Positions 39,145 through 49,834 of a stretch of 64,000 nucleotides of DNA are shown one piece after another. Each line of letters starts with the position of its first letter. The first letter of the stretch is position 1. Location of the stretch: NCBI GenBank assembly GCA_963788655.1, contig CAWBHS010000114.1, positions 1 to 64,000 on the forward strand, in the 5' to 3' direction. This DNA is from an uncultured Verrucomicrobiae bacterium. GTDB taxonomy: Bacteria > Verrucomicrobiota > Verrucomicrobiia > Limisphaerales > JAFGQR01. The translations under genes and the position numbers were made by a program. The notes under the pieces were generated by a model that was not told where the DNA came from, made no database searches, and saw only the letters and a list, made by a program, of their open reading frames with translations.

Positions 39145-39620
39145 TTACCAGCGGAAATGGGCAAAGGCCTTGTTGGCCTGCGCCATGCTTGTGTACTTCG
39201 TCCCGCTTACGAATGGCGTTGCCCTGCCCTTGATAGGCCTCCAGGATTTCCGCGGCCAGGGCTTGTTTCATCGGGATGCCTTTGCGGGCGTCGGCAAATG
39301 CCGACCAGCCAGCGAACCGCCAGGGAAGCCTGCCGCTCCGGGGTCACTTCCAGTGGCACCTGATAGGTGGCGCCCCCCACTCGCCGCGCCTTGGTTTCAA
39401 TGCGCGGCTTGGCGTTATCCACGGCCCGCTGCAGAATCTCCAACGGGTTGGACTGGGGATTCTTCTCCACGATGGCGTCAAAGGCGCCATACACAATACG
39501 CTGCGCGGTGCTTTTCTTGCCTCCCTGCATCACGGTGTTGACCAACCGCGTGACCAGCGGACTGTGATACTTCGGGTCGTCCGGTAACGGTCGTTTAACA
39601 GATTGTCGTCGTCGAGCCAT
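39145..39620 (-). CDS. rpsG: 30S ribosomal protein S7 (frameshifted)
   Basis: GKKS.AQRIVY, RRVGGATYQVP, ends AHFRW. Confidence 0.94.
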
Positions 39621-39638
39621 AGTGCTACCTCAAATACC

Positions 39639-40037
39639 TTAAGCAGCCCCGGCTGCCGGTTTGGCGGCCTTGGGGCGTTTGACGCCGTATTTCGAACGGC
39701 TGACCCGCCGTTTCTCCACGCCCGCCGCGTCCAGCGTTCCGCGCACAATATGGTACCGCACGCCCGGCAGATCCTTCACCCGTCCCCCACGGATCAACAC
39801 GATCGAGTGTTCCTGCAAGTTGTGACCTTCGTCCGGAATGTAAGCGATCACTTCCTGGCCGTTGGTCAGGCGCACTTTGGCCACCTTGCGCATCGCCGAA
39901 TTCGGCTTCTTCGGGGTGCGGGTCATGACCTGCAAACACACCCCACGACGGAACGGCGACCCGCTCAAGGCCGGCGCCTTGGACTTGATCTTCAACCGCT
40001 GCCGTCCTTTCCGGACGAGTTGGTTAATAGTCGGCAT
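39639..40037 (-). CDS. rpsL: 30S ribosomal protein S12
   Basis: [26 protein letters not shown]. Confidence 0.98.
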   Translation of the reverse strand: MPTINQLVRKGRQRLKIKSKAPALSGSPFRRGVCLQVMTRTPKKPNSAMRKVAKVRLTNGQEVIAYIPDEGHNLQEHSIVLIRGGRVKDLPGVRYHIVRGTLDAAGVEKRRVSRSKYGVKRPKAAKPAAGAA

Positions 40038-40096
40038 TGCTGCTTTGTTAATTGATTGAACCCACTTCCCTCGGTATCTGGGGAAACGGAGCGCGA

Positions 40097-40124
40097 ATAA
40101 TAGCCAACGCGTTTCGCGTTGCAA
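40097..40124 (-). promoter_or_regulatory. Putative sigma70 promoter of the str/S10 supercluster
   Basis: TTGCAA-N16-TATTAT on minus strand with AT-rich tract upstream, ~60 nt before rpsL. Confidence 0.5.
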
Positions 40125-40269
40125 CTAGTATTTAAAAAAAAGTTGCGGTCGGGCAACGCCTTGCTGTCCCGACCACTGACTACTGCTAAATCCGCAACAA
40201 AGGGCGACAATCTAACGGCTTCGTTTCCATTTGCAATAGGGAATTTAGATGATTTTTTCCGTCCTCGTT

Positions 40270-41420
40270 AGCTCTGATGAACTTCCGCCGGCTTGTGGCA
40301 GCGGACGTAAGGCGGCTCATTCTTCTCAGAAGCAGTTCGGCCTTCCGAGGAATAATGAGCCTCCAAACGCTACGCGGGTTTGGTCGGGGCAGTCTGCAAT
40401 GGTGCGCCAGCGTTTGGAGTGCGTTCGGCTTGCCGGCGCTTTCGCGCGTCGGGCGCCGTGGCAAAGCAGGCGGACGCGGATTTGGGCTCGGGGCGCATGG
40501 GTTGATCGAAAGCGGCGGAGGACCGCACGCACTCCATGACCCCGCCGAACTTCGAAGACGCCAGGGAGGCATGTCCGGTAGTAGAATTAACCCCGGATTT
40601 CGAGGATTTCACGGATACAAAGCCTTGGCCGCCCGTAGCGCCGCCAAGCCGGCTCACCATTCGGATGACCGCTTGGTTTCAGCCAAGTTCGTCTCCATCT
40701 GTGTATCCGTGTTCATCGGTTGATCCGTGGTTGAATCTTTGGTTGCGGTGACAGCCGCGCTGGGCAATCCGTGATTCCAAATACCCTTTTTGATCGAACG
40801 ATTCTCCGGACGGCACGCACTTTAGCAGCTTGCGTAAGTTCGCAAATACCGGGGAGTCGTGCTCAATGCAGCGCAGCTTTCCAATCTGCTGGGCGCTGGC
40901 AGCACGCGGCGTTGCCGAGGCTGCGCACATCCCGCCTCGAATGAAAGCGGGAGCAAGCTCCGCGCACTCCAAACGCTGCGCGTGGTTTGGTTGGGCCAGT
41001 TCGCAATGTCGCGCCAGCGTTTGGAGTGCGCCCGGCTTGCCGGCGCTTTCGCAGGCAGAGCGCCGTGGCCAGGCAGGCAGACGCGGTCTCGGCTTCGCGA
41101 CAGTCGGGCTGTTCGAAAACGGTAGAGGACCGCGCGCACTCCAAGACCTGACGGAAGTTCGACTACACGACCGCAACGAGCACAACGCAGGAAAGCCGCA
41201 TCGCCGGAATTCGGAAAATGTTTCGAATACCATGTCCGCGAGGGGAGGGCCTGCTTCACCGCAAAGACACGAAGAGGCGGAAAGAGGTTTCGTTGGAATC
41301 CTTTGCGCCTCTTCGTGCCTTTGCGGTAACTCGATCATCGGATTTCCGTCCTTCGCCCGTCGGACTTCTTTCGGGTGTCGGCCTTCGGGTTTCAGACTTT
41401 GCCGCCGCCTGGCCACCGTT
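40270..41420. repeat. Mosaic of palindromic REP/MITE-like repeats including a ~200-bp imperfect direct repeat
   Basis: 40361-40556 resembles 40967-41163 (GCGCCAGCGTTTGGAGTGCG...GCTTGCCGGCGCTTT); no credible ORF. Confidence 0.8.
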
Positions 41421-41524
41421 GTGCTCGGATTTTCCGCTTGGCTTACCGGGCGGGCAGGGATACCCTACTCATCGCCCCAAGCAACATCGACAAACGAATT
41501 GAATGTCCGCAACTTGAGTCGCTT

Positions 41525-42490
41525 ATGAAAGACACACGCATGAACCGGCGGGATTTTGTGAAGAACTCCACCCTGGCATCCGCCGCCACCGCCTTGGCCG
41601 TCACCGGCGCTGCCGCCACCGCCAGCGGCCATGAGGTCATTCCCTCGGGGCCGTTGTCGGCACCCAGGAACACGGTGCCGATGGGCAAGCTGGCCAACCA
41701 GGAGTTCAGCCGGTTGATGCTGGGCGGCAACCTGATTTCCGGCTACGCCCATTCGCGCGACCTCTCCTACGTGGCGCAACTCTCGCGGCGCTACAATACC
41801 GAGGCCAAAATCCTCGAGACGCTCGAACTGGCCGAAACGCACGGCATCAACGCCATGAACAGTTACGTGATGGACGGCAATGACGCCCTGCAAAAGCATT
41901 GGAAGCGCGGCGGCAAGATGAAATGGTTCGTGCAGGTGCGCGTCGATCCCCAGGGCGGTTTCTCGCAGATCAAGAAAGCCGTCGATCTCGGGGCCACGGC
42001 CATCCACGTCAATGGCGACGCCGCCGAAGCCCTGTTGCGCGAACGCGATTTGGAAAAGCTGCACAAGATGGTGCAAGCGATCCGGGCGGAGAAAGTCATC
42101 TGCGGCGTGGCGGCGCACGCGTTGAGCGTCATTGTCCAATGCGAGCAGGCCGGGTTCGACGTGGACTTCTACCAGAAGACCCTGCACACCCACGATTATT
42201 TCACGGCACCCCGCCCGGGCGAAACCGACGACCTCGGCCGCTATGACAATTCCTGGTGCAAGGATCCGGAGGAAGCGGTGGAGTACATGTTCGACGTGAA
42301 GAAGCCCTGGATTGCCTTCAAGGTCATGGCCGCCGGCGCCATTCCGCCGCGCCGCGCCTTCGAGCATGCCTTCAACAGCGGCGCGGATTTTGTCCTGGCC
42401 GGCATGTTCGACTGGCAGGTGGCCGAGGACGTGCAAATCGCCAAGGAATCGATGGCGGGCGCCAAACGCATCCGGCCGTGGTACGCGTAA
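41525..42490 (+). CDS. Tat-exported hypothetical protein (aldo/keto-reductase-like TIM barrel)
   Basis: MNRRDFVK twin-arginine signal; SRLMLGGN, KPWIAFKVMAAG. Confidence 0.6.
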   Translation: MKDTRMNRRDFVKNSTLASAATALAVTGAAATASGHEVIPSGPLSAPRNTVPMGKLANQEFSRLMLGGNLISGYAHSRDLSYVAQLSRRYNTEAKILETLELAETHGINAMNSYVMDGNDALQKHWKRGGKMKWFVQVRVDPQGGFSQIKKAVDLGATAIHVNGDAAEALLRERDLEKLHKMVQAIRAEKVICGVAAHALSVIVQCEQAGFDVDFYQKTLHTHDYFTAPRPGETDDLGRYDNSWCKDPEEAVEYMFDVKKPWIAFKVMAAGAIPPRRAFEHAFNSGADFVLAGMFDWQVAEDVQIAKESMAGAKRIRPWYA

Positions 42491-42510
42491 AAGCCCTTTT
42501 GAATAATGAT

Positions 42511-42594
42511 GGCAACCGACGTAAGGAGGCTCATTCTTGTCGGACGCAACACGGTTTTCTGAGGAAAAATGAGCCTCCTCACGTCGGCTGCAAC
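42511..42594. repeat. Palindromic repeat (GCCGACGTAAGGAGGC family)
   Basis: GCAACCGACGTAAGGAGGCTCAT ... ATGAGCCTCCTCACGTCGGCTGC; relatives at ~40298 and 62426-62501. Confidence 0.8.
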
Positions 42595-42732
42595 GGACCA
42601 GTAGGAGTGTTTTTACAGCCACTGAACCGTGAACCACTTGGCATGCTCGAAAGTGGTTGGCGAGGCGCCAACCACGACGCCCGAGGCGGGCGTGCTCCCC
42701 TGTCCAATTGAATCGTTGCGGTTAGATCAATC

Positions 42733-44703
42733 ATGGCCTTAAAGCAGCTTTCCGACGAACAAGTCCGCACTTGGACGCTCGAACAAAAAGACCGGTGGTG
42801 GTACGCGAATGTGTGGAAGGGCGACATGCCCCAACTCACGCTCCGCTCGGCCATCACCGGCATGATGCTGGGTGGCATCCTCTCGCTGACCAATCTGTAC
42901 GTCGGCGCCAAGACGGGTTGGACGCTGGGCGTGGGCATCACGTCGGTCATCCTGGCGTTCGCGCTGTTCAAAGTGCTCACGCGGATTGGCCTCGGCCACG
43001 AGTTCACCTTCCTCGAAAACAACTGCATGCAGTCCATCGCCACCGCCGCGGGTTACATGACGGCGCCGATGATTTCCTCGCTGGCCGCGTACATGATGGT
43101 CACCGACACCGTCATTCCCATGCCGATGACCATGGCCTGGATCGCCGCGATTGCGCTGCTGGGCGTGCTGTTTGCCTTCCCGCTCAAGCGGCGGTTCATC
43201 AACGACGAGCAACATCCCTTTCCCGAAGGACGCGCCGCCGGCGTGGTGATGGACGCCTTGCACACCGGCGATGCCGCGGAGGGAATGCTCAAGGCAAAGA
43301 TTTTGACCGTGACCGGCGTGGGCGCGGCCTTTTTGAAAGTCTGGAGCAGCACGGCCATCCTGGAAAGTTCCTGGCGCGGATTGGTCGGCCTGACGACGAA
43401 AGTCTGGAGCGGCTTTGCGGCGCTCGGCAAGTTCAACCTCGGCGGATTGGCCTTTCCCGAATATCTCGATGGCTGGCTCTACAAGATCTTTACCCCGGCG
43501 CTGTGGGGCATTGATCTGCGGCAGTTGACGGTGCGGCCGGACACGGACTTCGTGATGATGGCCGCCGGCGGGCTGATGGGCATCCGCACCGGGGTCTCGC
43601 TGCTGATTGGGGCGATCATCAATTATTGCATTCTCGCGCCAATCATGATCCACGCCGAGGCCATTCATCCCGTCATCAAGGACGGTGTCGCCCAGTATGG
43701 CTTCAAGCAGATCACGATGTGGTCGTTGTGGGGCGGCGTGGCGTTGATGACCACGGCGTCCTTGTTCGCCTTTTTCTCAAAGCCGCAAATCCTGGTGAGC
43801 GCGTTTACAGGGCTGTTCCGCCGCACCAAGCCCGGCGAGTCGTCGGACGTGCTGCGGGACATCGAACTGCCCATGCGCGTGTTTGTGATCGGCATTCCGG
43901 TGGTGGGCGGCGTGGTGGTGATGTTGGCCCATTGGTTCTTTGGCGTGAAAATCTGGGAAGGCGCCATCGCGGTGCCGCTCATTTTTATCTTCACGTTGAT
44001 CGCGGTGAACTCAACCGCGTTGACCTCGATCACGCCCACCGGCGCGCTGGGCAAGCTCACGCAGTTGACCTTCGGGGTGGTGTCACCGGGCAACATCACC
44101 ACGAACCTCGCCACGGCCGGTATTACCGCAGAAGTGGCGAGCAACGCGTCGAACCTGCTGATGGACATCAAGCCCGGCTACATGCTCGGCGCCAAGCCAC
44201 GGCAGCAGGCCATGGGGCACGTGCTGGGCATCATCGCCGGCGCCCTGGCGTCGGTGCCGATCTTCTATGCCGTCTTCCTGCCCCACGGCCAACCGCAGCA
44301 AATGATCACCGCGGATTACCCGATGCCCGCGGCCACGATCTGGCGCGCCGTGGCCGAAGTGTTGACCGAAGGCATCAGCAACCTTGAAATCACCGCGCAA
44401 TGGGCGGCGCTGATCGGCGCCCTGCTGGGCATCGCGCTCGAAGCCACCCGCGTGGCCACGCGTGGACGGTTCTGGCTGTCCGGCGTGGGCTTGGGATTGG
44501 CGACGGTGATTCCGTTCAATACCTGCCTGGCGATGTTCCTGGGTTCCTTCTTCTTTTGGGTGGCGGCGCGTAAATGGCACGATCCCCGGACTACCGCCAA
44601 CAAAATCCTTGTGCAAAACCTCGAACCGATTTGCGCGGGCGTGATCGCGGGCGGTGCCCTCATGGGCATTGCGGTAATCCTGATCGAGAATTTTGTGCTT
44701 TGA
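42733..44703 (+). CDS. OPT/YSL family oligopeptide transporter
   Basis: QLTLRS, NLYVGAKTG, ENNCMQS, FPEG.A, DIKPGYMLGA.PRQQ. Confidence 0.9.
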   Translation: MALKQLSDEQVRTWTLEQKDRWWYANVWKGDMPQLTLRSAITGMMLGGILSLTNLYVGAKTGWTLGVGITSVILAFALFKVLTRIGLGHEFTFLENNCMQSIATAAGYMTAPMISSLAAYMMVTDTVIPMPMTMAWIAAIALLGVLFAFPLKRRFINDEQHPFPEGRAAGVVMDALHTGDAAEGMLKAKILTVTGVGAAFLKVWSSTAILESSWRGLVGLTTKVWSGFAALGKFNLGGLAFPEYLDGWLYKIFTPALWGIDLRQLTVRPDTDFVMMAAGGLMGIRTGVSLLIGAIINYCILAPIMIHAEAIHPVIKDGVAQYGFKQITMWSLWGGVALMTTASLFAFFSKPQILVSAFTGLFRRTKPGESSDVLRDIELPMRVFVIGIPVVGGVVVMLAHWFFGVKIWEGAIAVPLIFIFTLIAVNSTALTSITPTGALGKLTQLTFGVVSPGNITTNLATAGITAEVASNASNLLMDIKPGYMLGAKPRQQAMGHVLGIIAGALASVPIFYAVFLPHGQPQQMITADYPMPAATIWRAVAEVLTEGISNLEITAQWAALIGALLGIALEATRVATRGRFWLSGVGLGLATVIPFNTCLAMFLGSFFFWVAARKWHDPRTTANKILVQNLEPICAGVIAGGALMGIAVILIENFVL

Positions 44704-44714
44704 GAAAGGCGGAA

Positions 44715-45920
44715 TTACTGTTTCGCCGGCGGTGGCAAACCCAATTGCCGGGCCAGCGACTTGGCGCGATCAATGATCCGATGGCGGAGATAATTGGCCG
44801 CGTCAGCTTGATTCCGGGCCGCCCCCGGACTCATCGCCTCCAGGGCCGGTTGGATTTGCGCCTCCAATTCATTGATCCGATTGGTCAGCGTTTCTACCCG
44901 GAACACTTCGGCATAGAGCTTGGCGACCCGTTCGAGATAGCGTTTTCGGCCGTCCGGCGTGGTGACGATGGCGCGCGCCACCAAGCCGTCCATGTTAGGG
45001 AGGATCGGGAAATCGGCATTTTGAAACATCTGATCCATCCCGTGCGGGATGAAGACAATTTTGTCCGAGTCGGGATCGTGGTAAATCCGGTAATTGTTCC
45101 GTTTCAGCGCGTAGCCGTCCCAATGATGCGTCATGATTTCCAGCGCAATGAACGAGAGAAACCGGTCCACGTCCAACCGTTGCTCCATTTGCGCCAACCG
45201 CTGAGTGGGATCGCTCACTTCGGCAGCGCGCGCGAGCGCTTTCAGATCGGCATGATCGTCGGGACCATCGCCCGAATTGCGTTCGAGCGGATCAGTGACC
45301 TCGCGTAGAAATCCGCCGTCGTACAGGTTGCCTTTGACGTTGGCGAAATGGCGTTTCAAAAACGTTTTGTCGAAACCCTCTTTGAGCACGTAAAAACCGC
45401 GGTCACGACCATTCAAAGTCACCCGGGCATGCGCGGCCCGCGCGGCCGGCACGCCGGCGGTCAGGAACATCTCGCCGCACAGGATTTCCGTCAGATAACT
45501 CGAGTCTTGCACGGAATTGTTGAGGTGGAGTTTGTCCATGCCATGAAACCGCTGACCATTGTGAAACTTGTCGAAGTTCAGGGTTAATGCCGGTTTGTCG
45601 TCCAAGCCTCGGAAACTGCCGGCGGCACCTTTGAGATGGATGCCGACGTCCGAATAAACGTTCGTGCCCACCTTCACCGTGGCGCGCACATATTTTCGGT
45701 TGTCCTGGCGCAAGTTCGTCAGATTGGTGCCCGTAACCTCGATAAGAAAATGCGGTACCGGGTTCTGTCGGAAAAACAATTCGCTGGGATCGTTGTTGGC
45801 TGCCGCGGCCGGCGGGTTCGCAGCCCCTGGAGTTGCGCACGTGGCAACCAGCAGCAAGAGACTGATGCTGCCGGTCAACGCCCAACCGGGACACTGAGCA
45901 GAGTGGAGCAATCGTTTCAT
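44715..45920 (-). CDS. CotH kinase family protein
   Basis: VGIHLKG, LHLNN..QDSSYL, HWDGY...NNY, IPHGMD. Confidence 0.85.
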   Translation of the reverse strand: MKRLLHSAQCPGWALTGSISLLLLVATCATPGAANPPAAAANNDPSELFFRQNPVPHFLIEVTGTNLTNLRQDNRKYVRATVKVGTNVYSDVGIHLKGAAGSFRGLDDKPALTLNFDKFHNGQRFHGMDKLHLNNSVQDSSYLTEILCGEMFLTAGVPAARAAHARVTLNGRDRGFYVLKEGFDKTFLKRHFANVKGNLYDGGFLREVTDPLERNSGDGPDDHADLKALARAAEVSDPTQRLAQMEQRLDVDRFLSFIALEIMTHHWDGYALKRNNYRIYHDPDSDKIVFIPHGMDQMFQNADFPILPNMDGLVARAIVTTPDGRKRYLERVAKLYAEVFRVETLTNRINELEAQIQPALEAMSPGAARNQADAANYLRHRIIDRAKSLARQLGLPPPAKQ

Positions 45921-46256
45921 GGTCGGATACAAGTCATTCAAGCTTGTCTGACTCCGAGCACAGCAAATCTGTTCAACGGATACCGCCAATTATCCAATGC
46001 TTGCGGCCACCACCTCGGGAGTACTGACCGGCTGCGGTGGCAAACTTGAAGTGAACGCGCCATGGACGGCGGTCTGACCTGTCAACTTCACTGCGCCTCG
46101 CAGCGAGCCTTTCAAGGTTACCATTTTCAAAACACTAACGGTGATTATCAGCAGACAACTGCACCATTCCAGTTCCAGAACACGACATTGCCCCGTTGCT
46201 GCCGCGGAAGAACCTCTTGGCTTGAATGTCCCAAAGGTAACGGTAAGCTGCTGGTG

Positions 46257-46481
46257 ATGAAATACTCGAATCGTATCACCTTTGATCCGGAACAGTGCGG
46301 TGGCCGGCCCTGCATTCGCCACTACCGCATCCGGGTGAAGGATGTGTTGGATATGCTCGCCGGCGCCGCGACCCAAGAGGAGGTTCTTGCGGACTACCCT
46401 TTCTTGGAACCTGAGGACATTCTAGCCTGCCTTGAATACGCGGCAGAGCAGGTCAACCATCCGGTGCTGGTAGGCACCTGA
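46257..46481 (+). CDS. DUF433 antitoxin
   Basis: RITFDP..CGGRPCIR..RIRV..V, YPFL..EDI.ACL.YA. Confidence 0.9.
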   Translation: MKYSNRITFDPEQCGGRPCIRHYRIRVKDVLDMLAGAATQEEVLADYPFLEPEDILACLEYAAEQVNHPVLVGT

Positions 46482-46485
46482 AGGT

Positions 46486-46815
46486 GTGCGGTTCCTAATC
46501 GACAATCAGTTGCCGTCCGCACTGGCCGCTTGGTTGCGCGATAAGGGTCAACAGGCGGAACATGTGCTGGAGGTAGGATTGGCTCAAGGAAAGGATACTC
46601 CCATCTGGCATTACGCTCAGACACAAGGCGCAGTCATCATCACCAAGGATGAGGATTTCGCCGAATGGATCAGACGAGGCCGGTCGGGACCGCAAGTGGT
46701 TTGGCTCCGTATTGGAAACACCACGAAACGAAGCCTGTTCGCTTGGCTGGAGCCCCTGTTGCCCAGCATCCTTCGCCAACTCGAGCAAGGGGATCGCCTG
46801 GTCGAAGTGCGGTGA
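46486..46815 (+). CDS. DUF5615 PIN-like toxin
   Basis: MRFLIDNQLP, D..IW, IITKDEDF, VVWLRIGN; follows DUF433. Confidence 0.88.
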   Translation: MRFLIDNQLPSALAAWLRDKGQQAEHVLEVGLAQGKDTPIWHYAQTQGAVIITKDEDFAEWIRRGRSGPQVVWLRIGNTTKRSLFAWLEPLLPSILRQLEQGDRLVEVR

Positions 46816-46999
46816 ACGCGCGTGGCGCGGCAGACAGCAGGAAGGGTGAAACTCGTTGGCTCCCGAACCTCCACGCTCGACACGCGTTCAGTTTGGCTCG
46901 TTTCGTTGCGGGAGATCCCACGGCATGAGTGTTCGGACTCTGGTCACTCGATAGACAATTTCCCGCCCAAGTCATAGCGAGCGCGAGTCAGCTCTTCGC

Positions 47000-48613
47000 T
47001 CACTCGGAAATAAGCCCTCGCTTGCGCAGGAGGAAATAAACGACTGCCAGGCCAATGGTTAAAATCAGGCTCAGGAAGAGAATGAAATCCGTGGAACTGC
47101 CGGACAGGTGTTCCAGAAATCCAAACGTGGTAACATCATCGCCACCGAGCGCCGCGTCCGAAGCGAGTTCCCTTCCGTATTTGGAAAACTCCAAGAGGAG
47201 GCTGGTAACCGACGTAATGCCGATGCCTAACAGAATGAGATCCGTGTACAACGCGTTGCGATCGACCGAGCGTTGGTGCAGTGATTCCAGGCGGTCGGCA
47301 CACAACGTGATCTTTTGTTCCACGCGCTCCAGGATCGGCTGAAATTCCCAGTAATCCAAAATGGCTTGCATCCGGACCAGTTTCGGGCGCTTCAAAAATT
47401 TCCGGTTGCGCTGATAGTCGAAGATCAATTGGTGGGTATCGGTGACGAGCATTTCCAGCCGCTGGTGCAGCAACGGCAGTTGACGCTTGGCCTGCCTCGT
47501 ATAGGAGATGCCCAACACCCGATCGATTTGCACATCCAGGCATTCCATGGCCGCATAGTAATACTGCGCGTAAATCATCGCTTCCCAGTCTTCGGCAAAC
47601 GCCCGCCGCGGTAGATCCCGGCCAGCTTTGCGAATCATGCTGGTGTTGGACGCGACCCCCGGGTCCCAGGAGTTTTCGCGGAACAAATAATTACCCCAGA
47701 ACAAAGCATTGGCGTCGTCGTGTTCCAGCACGCGTTTGAGTTCCTTCTCCGGACACGTTGGGCCCACCCAATAGCGAATGATGGGCTCGCGGTGCGGTCC
47801 CGTGCTGGTTTCGAAAATCAATGCTCGCGAAACCCAAAGCAAATTGGTCTTTTCGGCGACTGGCTGATTAAGGCTCAGCGAGGCGATGGCGGACGCGGAT
47901 TCCGTCCGGCTTGGCGGCGGCATATTCCAGTGATCGGCGATTTCCGAAGCGGGCCGGAAGAACGCCACCGGGCTCACTTCACGCCGGATGGGGCGGGATT
48001 GCTGGAACAAGTCCACCAGCATCGGCAGGAGGCCCTCGGCATAATAATAATGCATCAACCGATTCATGAAATCGTTACCCAGCGTCAGGAGCGAACCAAG
48101 CAGATGCTCCAGAATTTCGCCGGACAAGTCGGAAGGCAGTTCGGGCAGGTGCAGATCCAATTCAGCAATGGCAATCGTGTTGTCGAAAATGCGGAAGAAG
48201 AACGAGTTTTCCATGGCACCCCAAGTATCCGGAGCACCAGGGTCCTCCTTGAGCTTGAGCCATTGGTGCAAGCCGACCGCTTTACCCGTCTCCCGCTGCT
48301 GGCGTTCTTGAATGAGGAGGCCCAGCAAGTGATTCGCCGGTTGCACCGACGCGACGGGAACTTCCAGCACGGGAATCGGGCGTTTCAAATTGTCGATGTC
48401 GGCGGCCACATATTGGAGATTGTCACTGCGGGTAAAGCGCCGGCCGTGCAAGCACACCGGTTTGCCGACCAGCGAACTGTAAGGCTTGCCAGTGGTTTGG
48501 AAGGTTTCCTCGATCCGCGACCAGAACTGCTCGTAAGCCGCTTCGGACAGATAAATGTTTTCCGAAACCACCACGAAGTGGCAGCGCAATACGGCCATCA
48601 ATTTGAGGATCAT
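47000..48613 (-). CDS. Hypothetical membrane protein (helical region + two C-terminal TM segments)
   Basis: 537-aa ORF 3 nt downstream of SBP gene; hydrophobic C-terminus. Confidence 0.6.
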   Translation of the reverse strand: MILKLMAVLRCHFVVVSENIYLSEAAYEQFWSRIEETFQTTGKPYSSLVGKPVCLHGRRFTRSDNLQYVAADIDNLKRPIPVLEVPVASVQPANHLLGLLIQERQQRETGKAVGLHQWLKLKEDPGAPDTWGAMENSFFFRIFDNTIAIAELDLHLPELPSDLSGEILEHLLGSLLTLGNDFMNRLMHYYYAEGLLPMLVDLFQQSRPIRREVSPVAFFRPASEIADHWNMPPPSRTESASAIASLSLNQPVAEKTNLLWVSRALIFETSTGPHREPIIRYWVGPTCPEKELKRVLEHDDANALFWGNYLFRENSWDPGVASNTSMIRKAGRDLPRRAFAEDWEAMIYAQYYYAAMECLDVQIDRVLGISYTRQAKRQLPLLHQRLEMLVTDTHQLIFDYQRNRKFLKRPKLVRMQAILDYWEFQPILERVEQKITLCADRLESLHQRSVDRNALYTDLILLGIGITSVTSLLLEFSKYGRELASDAALGGDDVTTFGFLEHLSGSSTDFILFLSLILTIGLAVVYFLLRKRGLISE

Positions 48614-48616
48614 AAG

Positions 48617-49669
48617 CTATGGCGACGCGGCGGCGGCCGGTATTTGCAGAAACCGGTTCGGGACATAGAGGAGTTTTCCTTTCAAAGGTCCATCGAGCAG
48701 TTTGACCCGGCTGAACGCTTCGGCTTCGCGGTCCAGGTCCAACGAGCCTTTGGCCTGGAAATGGGGGCTCCATTGGAGGACCACGGCCCGGCTGCCGGCG
48801 GGAATCAAAAAGGACTCGGAATCGGTGTGTTGCTCGCGGCCAAACACCATGGCGTACGACCCGGCCTGTTTCAGGACCACGGTCAGTGGGACGGGATTCC
48901 CCTCGCGAAATTTGCTTTTGAGCGTTTTGTAGAATGAACTCTGTTTGACCTTCCGCAACGCCTCGTTGAACCGTCGGAGGAAGTCGCGATTGGCCGAGCT
49001 GGGGGCCATGATCAGATGCAACCCTTCACGACTTGACAATCCGGCGCCATGGCCGATGGGAATGTAGGCAAAGCGATTGGGATCCAACAGCACGTGCGGG
49101 CTGTTCAACAAAAGCTCACCCGCCGCCCGGCCTTCGGGAACGAAATCGATCTCGCCCTTATCGAGCGCTTTGAACGCATCCTGAATGGATGGCAGCGGCA
49201 CAAAACGGTCGCGCACTTTGGAGAGTTCGTCCCAGACATCATAGCCAGCGGCCAAACCAATGCGGTATGGACGCAGGTCAGCAACCGATTGGATCGCGAC
49301 CAGGTTGGTCAGACGCGTGCGATTGTAAAACAGCACCGTGTAGAATTCGAACAAGGAGTCGCTGAATAGAAAGCGCTTTTCCCGTTGAGCCGTTTTGACA
49401 AAAGGATAGGCCACCAGAAAATTGCCCTCGGCGGTGCGGTTCTCGACCACGTCCCAATGGTAAAACGAAATCTCGGGCTCAAGCCCCATTTCATTGAACG
49501 TGGCTTTGACGATCTCGGAAATGACGCCGTGGTTCTTTTCGTCCGAACCGGTGAACGGTTCCCACTCGCCGGTGGCCACGGAAATGGGCCGCGGTGGACG
49601 GGCGGGCGACGTAACAACCAATAAACTTAACCAAGCCACCAGCAAGACCCAGCGTATCGTCGGATCCAT
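48617..49669 (-). CDS. Substrate-binding protein (family 3-like)
   Basis: Signal peptide; VATGEWEPF, G...EIV...F, REKRFLFSDSL, DLRPYRIG...GY; start uncertain. Confidence 0.8.
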   Translation of the reverse strand: MDPTIRWVLLVAWLSLLVVTSPARPPRPISVATGEWEPFTGSDEKNHGVISEIVKATFNEMGLEPEISFYHWDVVENRTAEGNFLVAYPFVKTAQREKRFLFSDSLFEFYTVLFYNRTRLTNLVAIQSVADLRPYRIGLAAGYDVWDELSKVRDRFVPLPSIQDAFKALDKGEIDFVPEGRAAGELLLNSPHVLLDPNRFAYIPIGHGAGLSSREGLHLIMAPSSANRDFLRRFNEALRKVKQSSFYKTLKSKFREGNPVPLTVVLKQAGSYAMVFGREQHTDSESFLIPAGSRAVVLQWSPHFQAKGSLDLDREAEAFSRVKLLDGPLKGKLLYVPNRFLQIPAAAASP

Positions 49670-49834
49670 CCGGGGCATCTGGGTGGCTGACCGGCCGCCA
49701 AGGCGTCCGGAACAACCGGCACTGGATGCGCGCTTCATGCAGTGCCGAAGTTAGAACGCTAATGTGAAACATCAAGAGCGTTTTTAGAGCCGGCCATCAA
49801 TGTTGTCGGTTCGGGTTCAAAACGGCGGTCGCAT

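Noticed and set aside
35590..39310. Programmed frameshifting or true pseudogenisation of ribosomal genes and EF-G
   Set aside because: Multiple scattered single-base indels in essential genes within one segment fit sequencing error better
41259..41268. CCGCAAAGAC match to the cassette junction
   Set aside because: Lies in an unrelated intergenic repeat tract with no leader or toxin; lacks the TTG 5' part
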